Of a stretch of DNA of 64,000 nucleotides, positions 1 to 8,501 are shown one piece after another. The translations under genes were made by a program, and so were the position numbers. Position 1 is the first letter of the stretch. Every line of letters begins with the position of its first letter. The stretch lies in contig JAZKFH010000015.1 of assembly GCA_040386535.1 (NCBI GenBank), forward strand, positions 124,700 through 188,699. The letters run 5' to 3'. The notes under the pieces were generated by a model. That model was not told the DNA's origin. It did no database searches and saw only the letters and a list, made by a program, of their open reading frames with translations. Source of the stretch: Myxococcota bacterium. Lineage in GTDB: Bacteria > Myxococcota_A > UBA796 > SXON01.

Positions 1-372
1 CGCCCCTCCACGCCGCCCCTCGCGCTGACGATCGAGCGTGGCGGCGTGCGCGTGGCCCTGCTCTCCCAGGCCCTCCATCGTTTTCTCGCCCCTGCCGACC
101 TCGCGGCGCTCGTGCTCTGGGCCGGCCCCGTCGATCTCGTCGTCGCCGGGACCGACTATGACGACGAGGCCGCCACCGGCGCGATGATCGGCGCCTTCGA
201 CGCCCGCGTGCGCGTCGTCGCCGACCTCACGGGCTCGATCCGGCGCGCCCTCGGGCTGCCCGTCCGCCCGCTGGAGGTGGCGCTCCGCGCCGCGCCGCCG
301 GGCACCCGTGCGCTCGAGGCGGGGGGCACCCTCGACGTGCCGAGGGATCTCGCCTCGGCGGCATCGAGGTAG
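1..372 (+). CDS. C-terminal part of a hypothetical protein (5' truncated by the window edge)
   Basis: Frame 1 is open from base 1 to TAG at 370-372 with GC-rich codon usage; no diagnostic motif recognised. Confidence 0.5.
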   Translation, partial: RPSTPPLALTIERGGVRVALLSQALHRFLAPADLAALVLWAGPVDLVVAGTDYDDEAATGAMIGAFDARVRVVADLTGSIRRALGLPVRPLEVALRAAPPGTRALEAGGTLDVPRDLASAASR

Positions 373-375
373 CGC

Positions 376-735
376 TCAGGCCTGCTCGATGTCCGCCGCC
401 TCGATGTCCGCGGGGGACCACGGCGGCTCGAACACGAGCTCAACGGTGCCCTGAAAGCCGATCGACGCGACCGCTCGCTCGCACGCCGTCGTGAGCCATC
501 CGGTGAGCGGGCACCCCGCGGTGGTGGGCGTGAGGCGGATCCGGGCCACACCGGCGAGCACGCTCACGCCACGGATCATGCCGAGGTGCACGATGTCCTT
601 CCCGAGCTCGGGATCGATCACGCCCCGGAGCGCCGCGACCACCCGCCCGGCGTCGCCCTCCCCGCCGTAGATCGCGGTGGTCTCGGGCGCGTCGGTCCCG
701 AAGAACAGGGCCTTCACGGTGTCGAAGATGCTCAT
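376..735 (-). CDS. DUF59 / SufT-PaaD-like metal-sulfur cluster assembly factor
   Basis: ALRGVIDPELGKDIVHLGMI, LTPTTAGCP and LVFEPPWSP match the DUF59 pattern (DPE..., T..GCP, PPW). Confidence 0.88.
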   Translation of the reverse strand: MSIFDTVKALFFGTDAPETTAIYGGEGDAGRVVAALRGVIDPELGKDIVHLGMIRGVSVLAGVARIRLTPTTAGCPLTGWLTTACERAVASIGFQGTVELVFEPPWSPADIEAADIEQA

Positions 736-745
736 CGTGCCTCCG

Positions 746-2029
746 TCATGCTCGTGTGCCAGCTCGTGTGCCAGGGAGCGCCACCGCCGCCCGCCACGCC
801 AGGGCCGCGCGGGCCCCCGCGCCCATCACCGTGACCATGTGCAGCGCCGCGCCCACCGCGAGCAGCGCCGCGCCCGCGCGGGCCACGCCTTCGAGCGCGG
901 CGGCGAGCCCGCCGACAAGCAGCGCCCCGCCCACCGCCGTCGCCGCGACCTGCGCCCATCCCGCGGGCGTGCTCGTCAACGTCGCGGGCGCCGGGCCGGG
1001 CCGCCCCGCCAACAAGTGCGCCCAGAGCAGGAACGGGACCACCCGGAGCGCCACGCCGTGCTGGAGCGGGAGCAGCCACGCCGCCGCCACCCCCGCGACC
1101 AGCGCCGGGCCCGTGAGCGCGCCCGTGGCCGCCCCGATGGCGACGCCCAGCAGCCCCACCAGCGCCAGCCCCGCCTGGGTGAGGCCCGGCCCCCGGGTCT
1201 GGAGAGTCGCCTTGGCGCGGGCACCGCCGATCAGCGCGTGGAGCAGGAGCCCGGCGGCGAGCGCCGCGCCCGCGGCCCAGAGCATCACCGAGCCCACCAT
1301 CAGCCCGCCGAACCAGGCGAGGCCCGCGAGGACGAACGCGCCGGCGGGGGGCTCGCGCCCGAGCGCGAACATGGGCAGCAACAGCGCGCCGAGTCCGATC
1401 ACCCAGCCGCCGATCCACCCCACCGCGAGGAGCGCGACGTGGTGGCCCACCCCCCCGATCGGGTCGGCGAGCACGGGGTGTCCGAGCCGGCCCGCGTACA
1501 GGACCGTGGCGTAGCCCAGCCCACCCCACAGGCACCCCTCCGCGGCGAGCAGCCAGAGCCGGATGCCGACGCGGCCGCGTGCGCCGGACAGCCCCCGCCA
1601 GAGCAGCGGGACGAGGCCCGCCGACCGCGTGATCAGCGCGCCGATGACGAGCAGCGCGCCGATCGCGCCCACCCATCGGGCGCCGGCCATGCCGATCCAG
1701 AGGAGCAGCGCGCCGAGGACCGCGGCGGGGCCGACGTGGCCGGCGAGCCGGGCCAACCCGGGCGGAAGGGGACGGGCCACCACGACCGGAGCGAGCTGCC
1801 ACCCCGCCCCGACCACCGGCAACACCAGCCCGCCGATCGCGACGAGGTGCACGCCGACCAGGAGGGACGGCCAGCCGTACCAGCCCGCGTTCAGCGGGGC
1901 GGCTCCCGCGATGACCGCCCAGCCCACGACCTCGGCGCCCAGGCCCGCGACCATCGGGATGGCCACGAGCCGGAGGGGGACGAGGGTGCCGATCGCAGCG
2001 ACGGGGGCGCTGTCAGGGGCGGCGGACAT
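746..2029 (-). CDS. Polytopic membrane protein, possibly haem/metal-binding, of the type found between DUF2249 and DUF59 genes
   Basis: 427 aa, mostly hydrophobic helices with His inside them (VHLVAIGG, HHVALLAVGW, VVPFLLWAH); overlaps the upstream DUF2249 gene. Confidence 0.7.
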   Translation of the reverse strand: MSAAPDSAPVAAIGTLVPLRLVAIPMVAGLGAEVVGWAVIAGAAPLNAGWYGWPSLLVGVHLVAIGGLVLPVVGAGWQLAPVVVARPLPPGLARLAGHVGPAAVLGALLLWIGMAGARWVGAIGALLVIGALITRSAGLVPLLWRGLSGARGRVGIRLWLLAAEGCLWGGLGYATVLYAGRLGHPVLADPIGGVGHHVALLAVGWIGGWVIGLGALLLPMFALGREPPAGAFVLAGLAWFGGLMVGSVMLWAAGAALAAGLLLHALIGGARAKATLQTRGPGLTQAGLALVGLLGVAIGAATGALTGPALVAGVAAAWLLPLQHGVALRVVPFLLWAHLLAGRPGPAPATLTSTPAGWAQVAATAVGGALLVGGLAAALEGVARAGAALLAVGAALHMVTVMGAGARAALAWRAAVALPGTRAGTRA

Positions 2030-2795
2030 GGATCTCGACGCCGCCCCCTCGCGGACGCACGTCCCAGGTGAGCCCGCGCTCCACGAGCTTCGGGTAGAGC
2101 AGGGCGGGTTCGCGGGCGTGGATCACGCGCAGCGGCAGCGCCCCCGCGTCGAGCGCGGCGAGCACTCGGCGCATGGGCTCGGGGGGCGGGAGCCTGGAGA
2201 CGTCGATGCGCCAGCCCTCTCCTTCGCGCTCGGGCGCCGCGTCGGTGCTGTCCACGGCCTCTCCGGCCGCCTCGCCGCTCACCTCGCTGGCGCCGTGCCC
2301 ATGGGCGAACGAGACGAGGCACGCCTCGCCCTCCCACCGTGTCCAGCTGGCCCACCCCTGGCGCGCGAGCAGGCCTACGAGCGGCACCGGCTCGAACGGC
2401 GCCATCACGGTGAGCTGGCCGCCGGCAGGGAGGCTCCGGAGCGCGAGGAGGATGCTCGCCAATGGGTCCTCCCCGGCGTCGAGGAGCGGGCGCGCGTCGA
2501 GCACGGTAATGCGGGTGGCGTCGAACCAGCCGGGCGCGGGCGTGGGCGGCGGGCGCGCGACGGGCTCCGCGACGGGGATGGGGCGCCCTTCGGGGAGGTT
2601 CATGATCGCGACGAGGGTGTCCACGTCGATCCCCACGATCCGCGCGGCGTCGGCCACGGTGGTGAGCCGGGGGAGGATGCGGCCGAGCACCGGGTGGTTG
2701 AGTCGGGCGAACGCGGGGTGGAGCGCGGGGAGGACCTCCCGGAGGGAGGGCCGCCGGGCGAGGGCGTCGGACACCCGGGTGGAAGCCGTGATCAT
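2013..2795 (-). CDS. DUF1858 + two DUF2249 domain protein
   Basis: ATG at 2795 after GGAG. N-terminal ITASTRVSDAL...LTTVADAARIVGID is DUF1858-like; LDARPLLDAGEDPL...APFEPVPL and IDVSRLPPPEPM...HAREPALLYPKL are DUF2249-like. Confidence 0.8.
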   Translation of the reverse strand: MITASTRVSDALARRPSLREVLPALHPAFARLNHPVLGRILPRLTTVADAARIVGIDVDTLVAIMNLPEGRPIPVAEPVARPPPTPAPGWFDATRITVLDARPLLDAGEDPLASILLALRSLPAGGQLTVMAPFEPVPLVGLLARQGWASWTRWEGEACLVSFAHGHGASEVSGEAAGEAVDSTDAAPEREGEGWRIDVSRLPPPEPMRRVLAALDAGALPLRVIHAREPALLYPKLVERGLTWDVRPRGGGVEIHVRRP

Positions 2796-2820
2796 GGGGA
2801 ACTCCGGAGAGCCCGCAATC

Positions 2821-2836
2821 TGCAAGACGCGGGCCA
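2821..2836 (-). promoter_or_regulatory. Sigma-54 (-24/-12) promoter candidate for the DUF2249 operon
   Basis: Minus strand TGGCCCGCGTCTTGCA (GG-N10-GC) versus consensus TGGCAC-N5-TTGCW; 25 nt before the ATG at 2795. Confidence 0.7.
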
Positions 2837-2978
2837 CCTCGTTTTTTCAGGCCCAAGGTCGATCTGCTCCAGCTTCCGCGGCCACCTCCGTTCGGCGGAT
2901 GGGTTGGATGGCACACCCCGTGTGTGTCCTGGCCCCCGAAATCGTCGTTCGTAGCGGGAGGATGCCTTCGCGACGCTC

Positions 2979-2994
2979 TGGCACAGCCGTTGCT
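2979..2994 (+). promoter_or_regulatory. Sigma-54 (-24/-12) promoter candidate for nirK
   Basis: TGGCACAGCCGTTGCT is a full match to TGGCAC-N5-TTGCW; followed by GGAG and the ATG at 3020. Confidence 0.8.
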
Positions 2995-3019
2995 TACGGA
3001 GCGACCGACCGGAGATTGA

Positions 3020-4543
3020 ATGACCAGGAACCTCTTCCGTACGCTCCCCCTCGCGCTCGTCCTCGTCGCGTGTCAGCCGACGCCGGCCGCGCCGGACGAG
3101 GCGACCACCAACGGGCTCGCCGCCATGCCCTCCACCGAGGCCCGCGCGCTCACCCCCGTCGGCGAGGCGATCCCGGCGGTGCTCACCCAGGCCCCGAACG
3201 TGCCGCCGCCCATCACGCGCAAGGAGCCCGCGAAGCTGGTGGTCAACCTCGAGGTCAAGGAGGTCACCAAGCCGATCTCCGAGGGCGTCGACTACGTGTT
3301 CTGGACGTTCGGCGGCGACGTGCCGGGGAGCTTCATCCGCGTGCGCCAGGGCGACACGGTGGAGTTCCACCTGAACAACCACCCCGACAACAAGATGCCG
3401 CACAACATCGACCTGCACGCCGTCACCGGGCCGGGCGGCGGCGCCGCCTCGTCGTTCACCGCGCCCGGGCAGGCCTCCCAGTTCAGCTTCAAGGCGCTCA
3501 ACGCCGGCCTCTACGTCTACCACTGCGCCACCGCGCCGGTCGGCATGCACATCGCCAACGGCATGTACGGCCTCATCCTGGTCGAGCCGCCCGAGGGCCT
3601 CCCGAAGGTCGATCGCGAGTACTACGTGATGCAGGGCGACTTCTACACGGTCGGCAAGTACCGCGAGAAGGGCGTCCAACCCTTCGACATGCAGAAGGCG
3701 ATCGAGGAGAACGCGACGTACGTGCTGTTCAACGGCTCGGAGAACGCGCTCACCGGCGACAAGGCGCTCACCGCCAAGACCGGCGAGAGCGTGCGCCTGT
3801 ACATCGGCAACGGCGGCCCCAACCTCGTGTCGAGCTTCCACGTCATCGGCGAGATCTTCGACAAGGTCTACACCGAGGGCGGCACGCGGTTCCAGGAGAA
3901 CGTGCAGACCACGCTCATCCCGGCCGGCGGCGCCAGCATCGTGGAGTTCGTGGTGGACGTGCCGGGCACCTACGTGCTGGTCGACCACTCGATCTTCCGC
4001 GCCTTCAACAAGGGTGCGCTGGGGCTCCTCACCGTCACGGGTGACGAGGACAAGGCGCTCTACTCGGGCAAGGAGGTCGGCACCGCCTACCTCGCCGACA
4101 AGGCGCCGGGCGTCGCGGGCGCGAGCACCGGCGGGGCGCACATCGCCGACGCCACGACGGCCTCGGCCGCCGGCACGCTCTCCAAGGACGGCCAGATCAA
4201 GGCGGGCGGCGCGCTGTTCGCGGGCACCTGCTCCACCTGTCACCAGGCCGCCGGCACGGGCATCGAGGGCGTGTTCCCGCCGCTCGCCGGGTCCGACTTC
4301 CTCCTCGCGGACAAGTCGCGCGCCATCGGCGTGGTCGTCAACGGGCTCTCCGGCCCGGTGACGGTCAACGGGAAGGCCTACACCTCCGTGATGCCGCCGA
4401 TGAGCCAACTGAACGACGACGAGGTCGCCAATATCCTCACCTACGCGCTCAACTCCTGGGGCAACGACGGCGGCGTCGTCACCGCCGCCGAGGTGCAGAA
4501 GGTGCGCGCCACGACCCCGCGGCCCCCGGGCGCGGCGCACTGA
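3020..4543 (+). CDS. nirK: Copper-containing nitrite reductase, lipoprotein, with fused C-terminal cytochrome c domain
   Basis: Lipobox LVAC; Cu-site motifs [37 protein letters not shown]-terminal CSTCH with distal Met (SVMPPM). Confidence 0.96.
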   Translation: MTRNLFRTLPLALVLVACQPTPAAPDEATTNGLAAMPSTEARALTPVGEAIPAVLTQAPNVPPPITRKEPAKLVVNLEVKEVTKPISEGVDYVFWTFGGDVPGSFIRVRQGDTVEFHLNNHPDNKMPHNIDLHAVTGPGGGAASSFTAPGQASQFSFKALNAGLYVYHCATAPVGMHIANGMYGLILVEPPEGLPKVDREYYVMQGDFYTVGKYREKGVQPFDMQKAIEENATYVLFNGSENALTGDKALTAKTGESVRLYIGNGGPNLVSSFHVIGEIFDKVYTEGGTRFQENVQTTLIPAGGASIVEFVVDVPGTYVLVDHSIFRAFNKGALGLLTVTGDEDKALYSGKEVGTAYLADKAPGVAGASTGGAHIADATTASAAGTLSKDGQIKAGGALFAGTCSTCHQAAGTGIEGVFPPLAGSDFLLADKSRAIGVVVNGLSGPVTVNGKAYTSVMPPMSQLNDDEVANILTYALNSWGNDGGVVTAAEVQKVRATTPRPPGAAH

Positions 4544-5313
4544 TGGGCGGCGCCTGGGCGTTGGGTGCGTGGGTCCTCGTGGGGTGGGCGCTGGCCGCCC
4601 CCGCGGCGCGCGTGCCCGTCGGCCCCGGCGTGTACCGCCCCACCTACGCCCCCACGCCCGAAGAAGCGGCCGTTCCCGTGGCACGTTTCTTCCTGGCAAC
4701 GACCCCTGTCACGAACGCCGACTATGCCGTGTTCGTGACACGCGTCCCCAAGTGGGGCCGGGACACGATCGACCCGCTCTTCGCGGACGAGGGCTACCTC
4801 GGCGACTGGGCGTTTGCGGACGCGCCGGGCGCCACGGTCGAGCCCGCCGGGCCGGTCACGCGGGTGTCATGGTTTGCCGCCCGGGCCTATTGTTCGGCGT
4901 CGGGCGGCCGGTTGCCCACCGAAGCCGAGTGGGAGCTCGCGGCCGCGGCGTCGGGAACGAGCTTCGACGCCCGCCAGGACCCGGCGTTCGTCCAACAGCT
5001 CCTCGCCTGGTACGCCGTCCCGACCCCCGCGCGCCTTCCTCCCGTGGGGGAACGCGCGCCCAACCGATGGGGTGTGCGTGACCTGCACGGCCTCGTGTGG
5101 GAGTGGGTCGAGGACTTCAACGCGAGCCTCGTGAGCGTCGATGCCCGCGACGACAACTCCGGCGACGACCTGCGCTTCTGTGGCGCGGGCGCCGCGAGCG
5201 CCACCGATCCCGCCGACTACGCGAGCTTCATGCGTGTCGCGCTCCGCTCCTCGCTCGAGGCGCGCGCCACCGTCCGTACCGTCGGCTTCCGCTGCGCATG
5301 GAGTGCCCCATGA
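4543..5313 (+). CDS. Formylglycine-generating enzyme (SUMF1/NirV-like) family protein, exported
   Basis: PVTNADY, PVTRVSWFAARAYC, RLPTEAEWE, PNRWGVRDLHGLVWEW, VGFRCA; TGATG overlap with nirK. Confidence 0.85.
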   Translation: MGGAWALGAWVLVGWALAAPAARVPVGPGVYRPTYAPTPEEAAVPVARFFLATTPVTNADYAVFVTRVPKWGRDTIDPLFADEGYLGDWAFADAPGATVEPAGPVTRVSWFAARAYCSASGGRLPTEAEWELAAAASGTSFDARQDPAFVQQLLAWYAVPTPARLPPVGERAPNRWGVRDLHGLVWEWVEDFNASLVSVDARDDNSGDDLRFCGAGAASATDPADYASFMRVALRSSLEARATVRTVGFRCAWSAP

Positions 5314-5924
5314 CCCTGTTCTCCCTCCTCGTCACGCTCGTCGCATGTGCTCCCGAGGCGCCCGCTCTCGTCGAGGCGCCGGCCCCGGTCGAGGCGCTCC
5401 CCCCCGCGGTGGCGGAGGCGGCTCCGACGGGCGGCTCCGTCTACGCGCTCGACCTCGATCTCGTCGATCAAGCCGGCCGCACCGTGGCGCTCGACGCCCA
5501 GCGCGGGCACCCCGTGCTCCTCTCCATGTTCTACACGTCCTGCCCGATGGCCTGCCCGATGTTGATCACGGAGATCCAGTCCATCGAGGCCGAGCTCCCC
5601 GCCGCGCTCCTCGGCGGGGTGCGGGTGGTCCTCGTCTCGATGGACCCGGCGCACGACAATCCCGCCGCCATGGCCACCGTGGTGGACAAACACGGCCTCG
5701 ACGCGCGCTGGACCCTCGGCGCCGTGCCCGAGGGCGACGTTCGTCTCGTCGCGGCCACGCTCGGCGTGCGCTACCGGCCCCTCCCCGAGGGCGGCTACGC
5801 CCACACCTCCGTCATCACCCTGGTGGACGGCGAGGGCCGCGTGGTCGCGCGCTCCGAGGGGCGCGAGGGGCGGGAGGCGCTGGTGGCGGCGCTCGGACGC
5901 CTCGCCGGGGGAGACGGGTCGTAG
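5310..5924 (+). CDS. SCO1/SenC family copper chaperone lipoprotein
   Basis: ATGA overlap at 5310; lipobox LVAC; FYTSCPMACP (CxxxC), VSMDPAHD, distal His in YAHTS. Confidence 0.9.
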   Translation: MTLFSLLVTLVACAPEAPALVEAPAPVEALPPAVAEAAPTGGSVYALDLDLVDQAGRTVALDAQRGHPVLLSMFYTSCPMACPMLITEIQSIEAELPAALLGGVRVVLVSMDPAHDNPAAMATVVDKHGLDARWTLGAVPEGDVRLVAATLGVRYRPLPEGGYAHTSVITLVDGEGRVVARSEGREGREALVAALGRLAGGDGS

Positions 5925-5959
5925 GCGCACCGCCTCCCCCGCCTCACCGCCTCATCGCC

Positions 5960-7123
5960 TCAGCGCCGCATCGCCACCGGTCCGAACCGCCCCAGCCACA
6001 CGACGAACGCCGCGACGAGCAGCGCCGCGCTCGCTACGTACAGCGGCATCGTGCCGCCGGCCCAGCCGACCCACACCCGCAGCGCCGCCGCGAGCTGGGC
6101 GAGGACGATCACGACGGCGCCCGCGCGGCCGAGCAGCACGGGCAGGCCGCTGTGGCCGCGCACCACGCGCATGGAGATGCCGAACAGGAGCGTGACGATG
6201 CCGCCTACGAGCAGGGCGTGGGTGCCGACGGTCGGCGGCGCCCCCACCAGGTCGGCGAGCCAGGCGAGCGCCATCCATCCGAGGCCGAGGTGAATCACGC
6301 CGACCATCGGCGTGCGCGCGGCGGGCCAGGGGCGCCAGCCCCACCACTGCCGCACGAACACGACGAGGAGCCCGGCGGCGAACCACGCGGCGCAGGCGGG
6401 GAACAGCGCCTTGGCCCACAACAGCGCCGCGAGGGGCCCGAGGAACCAGCGCGTCCGCTTGCCGGTGTACTCGCCATCCCCCGCGACCGTGACCGCGCGA
6501 GCCGAGAAGAAGGGCAGCACGCGGTCGAGCACGGCGAGCGCCACCAGCGTCACGAACGGCCCGATGCCGAACGGGACGCCGCGCACGCCCGCGAGCAACG
6601 GGATCGGGTCGAGCGTGTGCAGGACGCTCCCGACGATCGCGGCGAGGAGCGCCGCGGGCAGGGCGGCGGTGGTGTCGTCCCAGCGCCGCTTCAGCGAGGC
6701 GCTCGCGATGGGAACCGCCCACCCGAGCGCCAGGACCCAGGGGAGCGCCACGAGGACGGCGCGCGGCTCCGGCGGGAGCACGGCGCGCCCGAACAGGAGC
6801 AGGCCCGCCGAGACGACCTGCGTTGCGAGGAGCCCCCACAACAGCGGCGCGCTCGGCATCGTGGCGTCGTTCTGGCGCGGGTAGGCGGTGAGCAGGAAGC
6901 CGAGGATGCCCGATCCGAACACGCCCCAGAGCATGAACCCCGCGTGGTCGGCGGGGAGGAGCCCGAGCGGCGTGCCCGCGAGTTGCGTCCCCCACGCGAC
7001 GAGGCCGAGGATGGCGAGCGCGGCGGTGGTCGGGAAGAACAGCCGCCAGGACTCGAGCGCCTTCCGCGTCGGCGGGGTCGTTGGCGGGGTCGGCGGTGGT
7101 GTCGCCGGGGCCGGCGCGCTCAC
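5960..7123 (-). CDS. nnrS: NnrS family membrane protein (NO response)
   Basis: GTGA overlap start at 7123; SWRLFFP, HAGFMLWG..GFLLTA, RVLPFF, HALLVGG, MRVVRGHSG are NnrS-like. Confidence 0.82.
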   Translation of the reverse strand: MSAPAPATPPPTPPTTPPTRKALESWRLFFPTTAALAILGLVAWGTQLAGTPLGLLPADHAGFMLWGVFGSGILGFLLTAYPRQNDATMPSAPLLWGLLATQVVSAGLLLFGRAVLPPEPRAVLVALPWVLALGWAVPIASASLKRRWDDTTAALPAALLAAIVGSVLHTLDPIPLLAGVRGVPFGIGPFVTLVALAVLDRVLPFFSARAVTVAGDGEYTGKRTRWFLGPLAALLWAKALFPACAAWFAAGLLVVFVRQWWGWRPWPAARTPMVGVIHLGLGWMALAWLADLVGAPPTVGTHALLVGGIVTLLFGISMRVVRGHSGLPVLLGRAGAVVIVLAQLAAALRVWVGWAGGTMPLYVASAALLVAAFVVWLGRFGPVAMRR

Positions 7124-7896
7124 GACACCACCCCGCCGACCGCGAGCACCGTGGCGCCGACCGCCCACGCGGCCTCGCCGAGCCCGATGCGACGGGCGTC
7201 CCGGGGCACCGCCGCCGGCCGGGTCGAGGCGATCCGGAGCGTGTAGACGAGGGGGACGAGGGCCACTTCGGCGTGCCCGGCCAGGAGGGCGACCGCGCCC
7301 CCGAGGGTGGCCAGGGCGCCGATGGTCAGCGGGCCGGCGGCCCAGGGCGTGCGGCCCGGCAGCACGCGCGAGAGCTGGCCGCGCACCCACCAGAGTCCGA
7401 TCACCTCCCAGGTGGCGATGGAGAGCGCTACCAAGGCCGTGGTGGCGAACGGTCCGCCGCCCGCGAGGGTGAGGCCCGCCGCGGCGCCGGCGAACCCGGC
7501 GATGGCCGCGAGCTCGAAGAGGGTGACCGCGGGCACCTTGCGGCCCGTGGCCCCGTCGGCGATCGCCAGGGCGAGGCCTCCGCCGGTGACCAGCGCCGCC
7601 AGCGTGAGGATCCATACGCCGGGGGAGGGGACGAGCGCCAGCACGCCGACGCCGGCGAGGCAGCCCACCGCGGTGGCCCACCCCGCCTCGACGAACGCGC
7701 TCTTGCGCGCCGCGTTGCCCGCGCCGAACATCGCGAGGATGGCGACGACGCCGAGGCCGGTGGCGACGGTGGGAGCGAGCAGGGCCGCCCCGAGGAGCGG
7801 CGCGCCGGCCCAGCACCAGAGGCCGTGCTCACGCGGAAACAGCGCGCGGAGCTCCACGGGGCGGCTGGGAGCGCAGAGGAGGGTGTGCTCGGGCAT
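7120..7896 (-). CDS. YwiC-like membrane protein
   Basis: N-terminal PREHGLW and C-terminal ARRIGLGE are typical of the YwiC family; multiple TM segments; TGATG coupling to the hemerythrin gene. Confidence 0.72.
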   Translation of the reverse strand: MPEHTLLCAPSRPVELRALFPREHGLWCWAGAPLLGAALLAPTVATGLGVVAILAMFGAGNAARKSAFVEAGWATAVGCLAGVGVLALVPSPGVWILTLAALVTGGGLALAIADGATGRKVPAVTLFELAAIAGFAGAAAGLTLAGGGPFATTALVALSIATWEVIGLWWVRGQLSRVLPGRTPWAAGPLTIGALATLGGAVALLAGHAEVALVPLVYTLRIASTRPAAVPRDARRIGLGEAAWAVGATVLAVGGVVS

Positions 7897-8426
7897 CACG
7901 CCCTCCCCATCGGGGCGCGCCGTTCGAGGAGCTCTTGCGTGATCTCGAAGCGATCCTCGGGCGAGAGCCGCGCGCACAGCGGAAAGAGCTCGTCCTCCTC
8001 GCGGGCGATGTGGGGGAGCAGGAGGCTGGAGAGGAAGCTCACGGCGACACGGAACGTGGTGTGCGGAACCGTCCCTTCCTCGGCGAGCGTGCCGAGCAGG
8101 GGCAGGAGCGTGGCGAGGCACGCATCGATCTGGCGGTGGTCGCGTTCGAGCTCGTCCAGCAGCGGCCCGCACTCCGGTGCCACGAGGCGCAGCCGCGGCG
8201 CGAGCGAGAGGTCCTCGTCGTCCGCGTGGAGCGGCAGGCCCTCGGCGAAGTAGCGGCGGGCCTGGGCGGCGGCGGCGGGCACCCGCGGATCGGAGAGGTC
8301 GGGCAGCGTGGCGATCCGGTGGAGGCCCGCGGTGAACATGCGGATGCGCTCGTGGCAGGCGCGAAAGGAGGCCGCGGGATCGGCGGGCGGGCGGGCCACG
8401 GGGGGCGCCAGGCGGGACATGGGCAT
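7896..8426 (-). CDS. Hemerythrin/HHE domain protein
   Basis: ACHERI, PLHADDED, ERDHRQI and PHIAREEDELFP give the di-iron ligand pattern; GGAG before the ATG at 8426. Confidence 0.87.
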   Translation of the reverse strand: MPMSRLAPPVARPPADPAASFRACHERIRMFTAGLHRIATLPDLSDPRVPAAAAQARRYFAEGLPLHADDEDLSLAPRLRLVAPECGPLLDELERDHRQIDACLATLLPLLGTLAEEGTVPHTTFRVAVSFLSSLLLPHIAREEDELFPLCARLSPEDRFEITQELLERRAPMGRA

Positions 8427-8472
8427 CGGGTTGCTCCGGGGTGGGACACACGTCCCAGGGAGAGGGGACCTA

Positions 8473-8488
8473 TGCACGATCCACGCCA
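8473..8488 (-). promoter_or_regulatory. Sigma-54 promoter candidate for hemerythrin-ywiC-nnrS
   Basis: Minus strand TGGCGTGGATCGTGCA (GG-N10-GC) in the 75-bp gap after norD. Confidence 0.6.
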
Positions 8489-8501
8489 CCGTGTCCGGGT
8501 G

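Noticed and set aside
384..412. Short duplication encoding ADIEA-ADIEQ at the DUF59 C-terminus
   Set aside because: A single 15-nt-period duplication in a tail; no sign of function.
4543..5313. FGE-family gene as activator of the two sulfatase-like genes
   Set aside because: It lacks the two-Cys loop, and those enzymes have Thr rather than Cys/Ser at the modifiable position.
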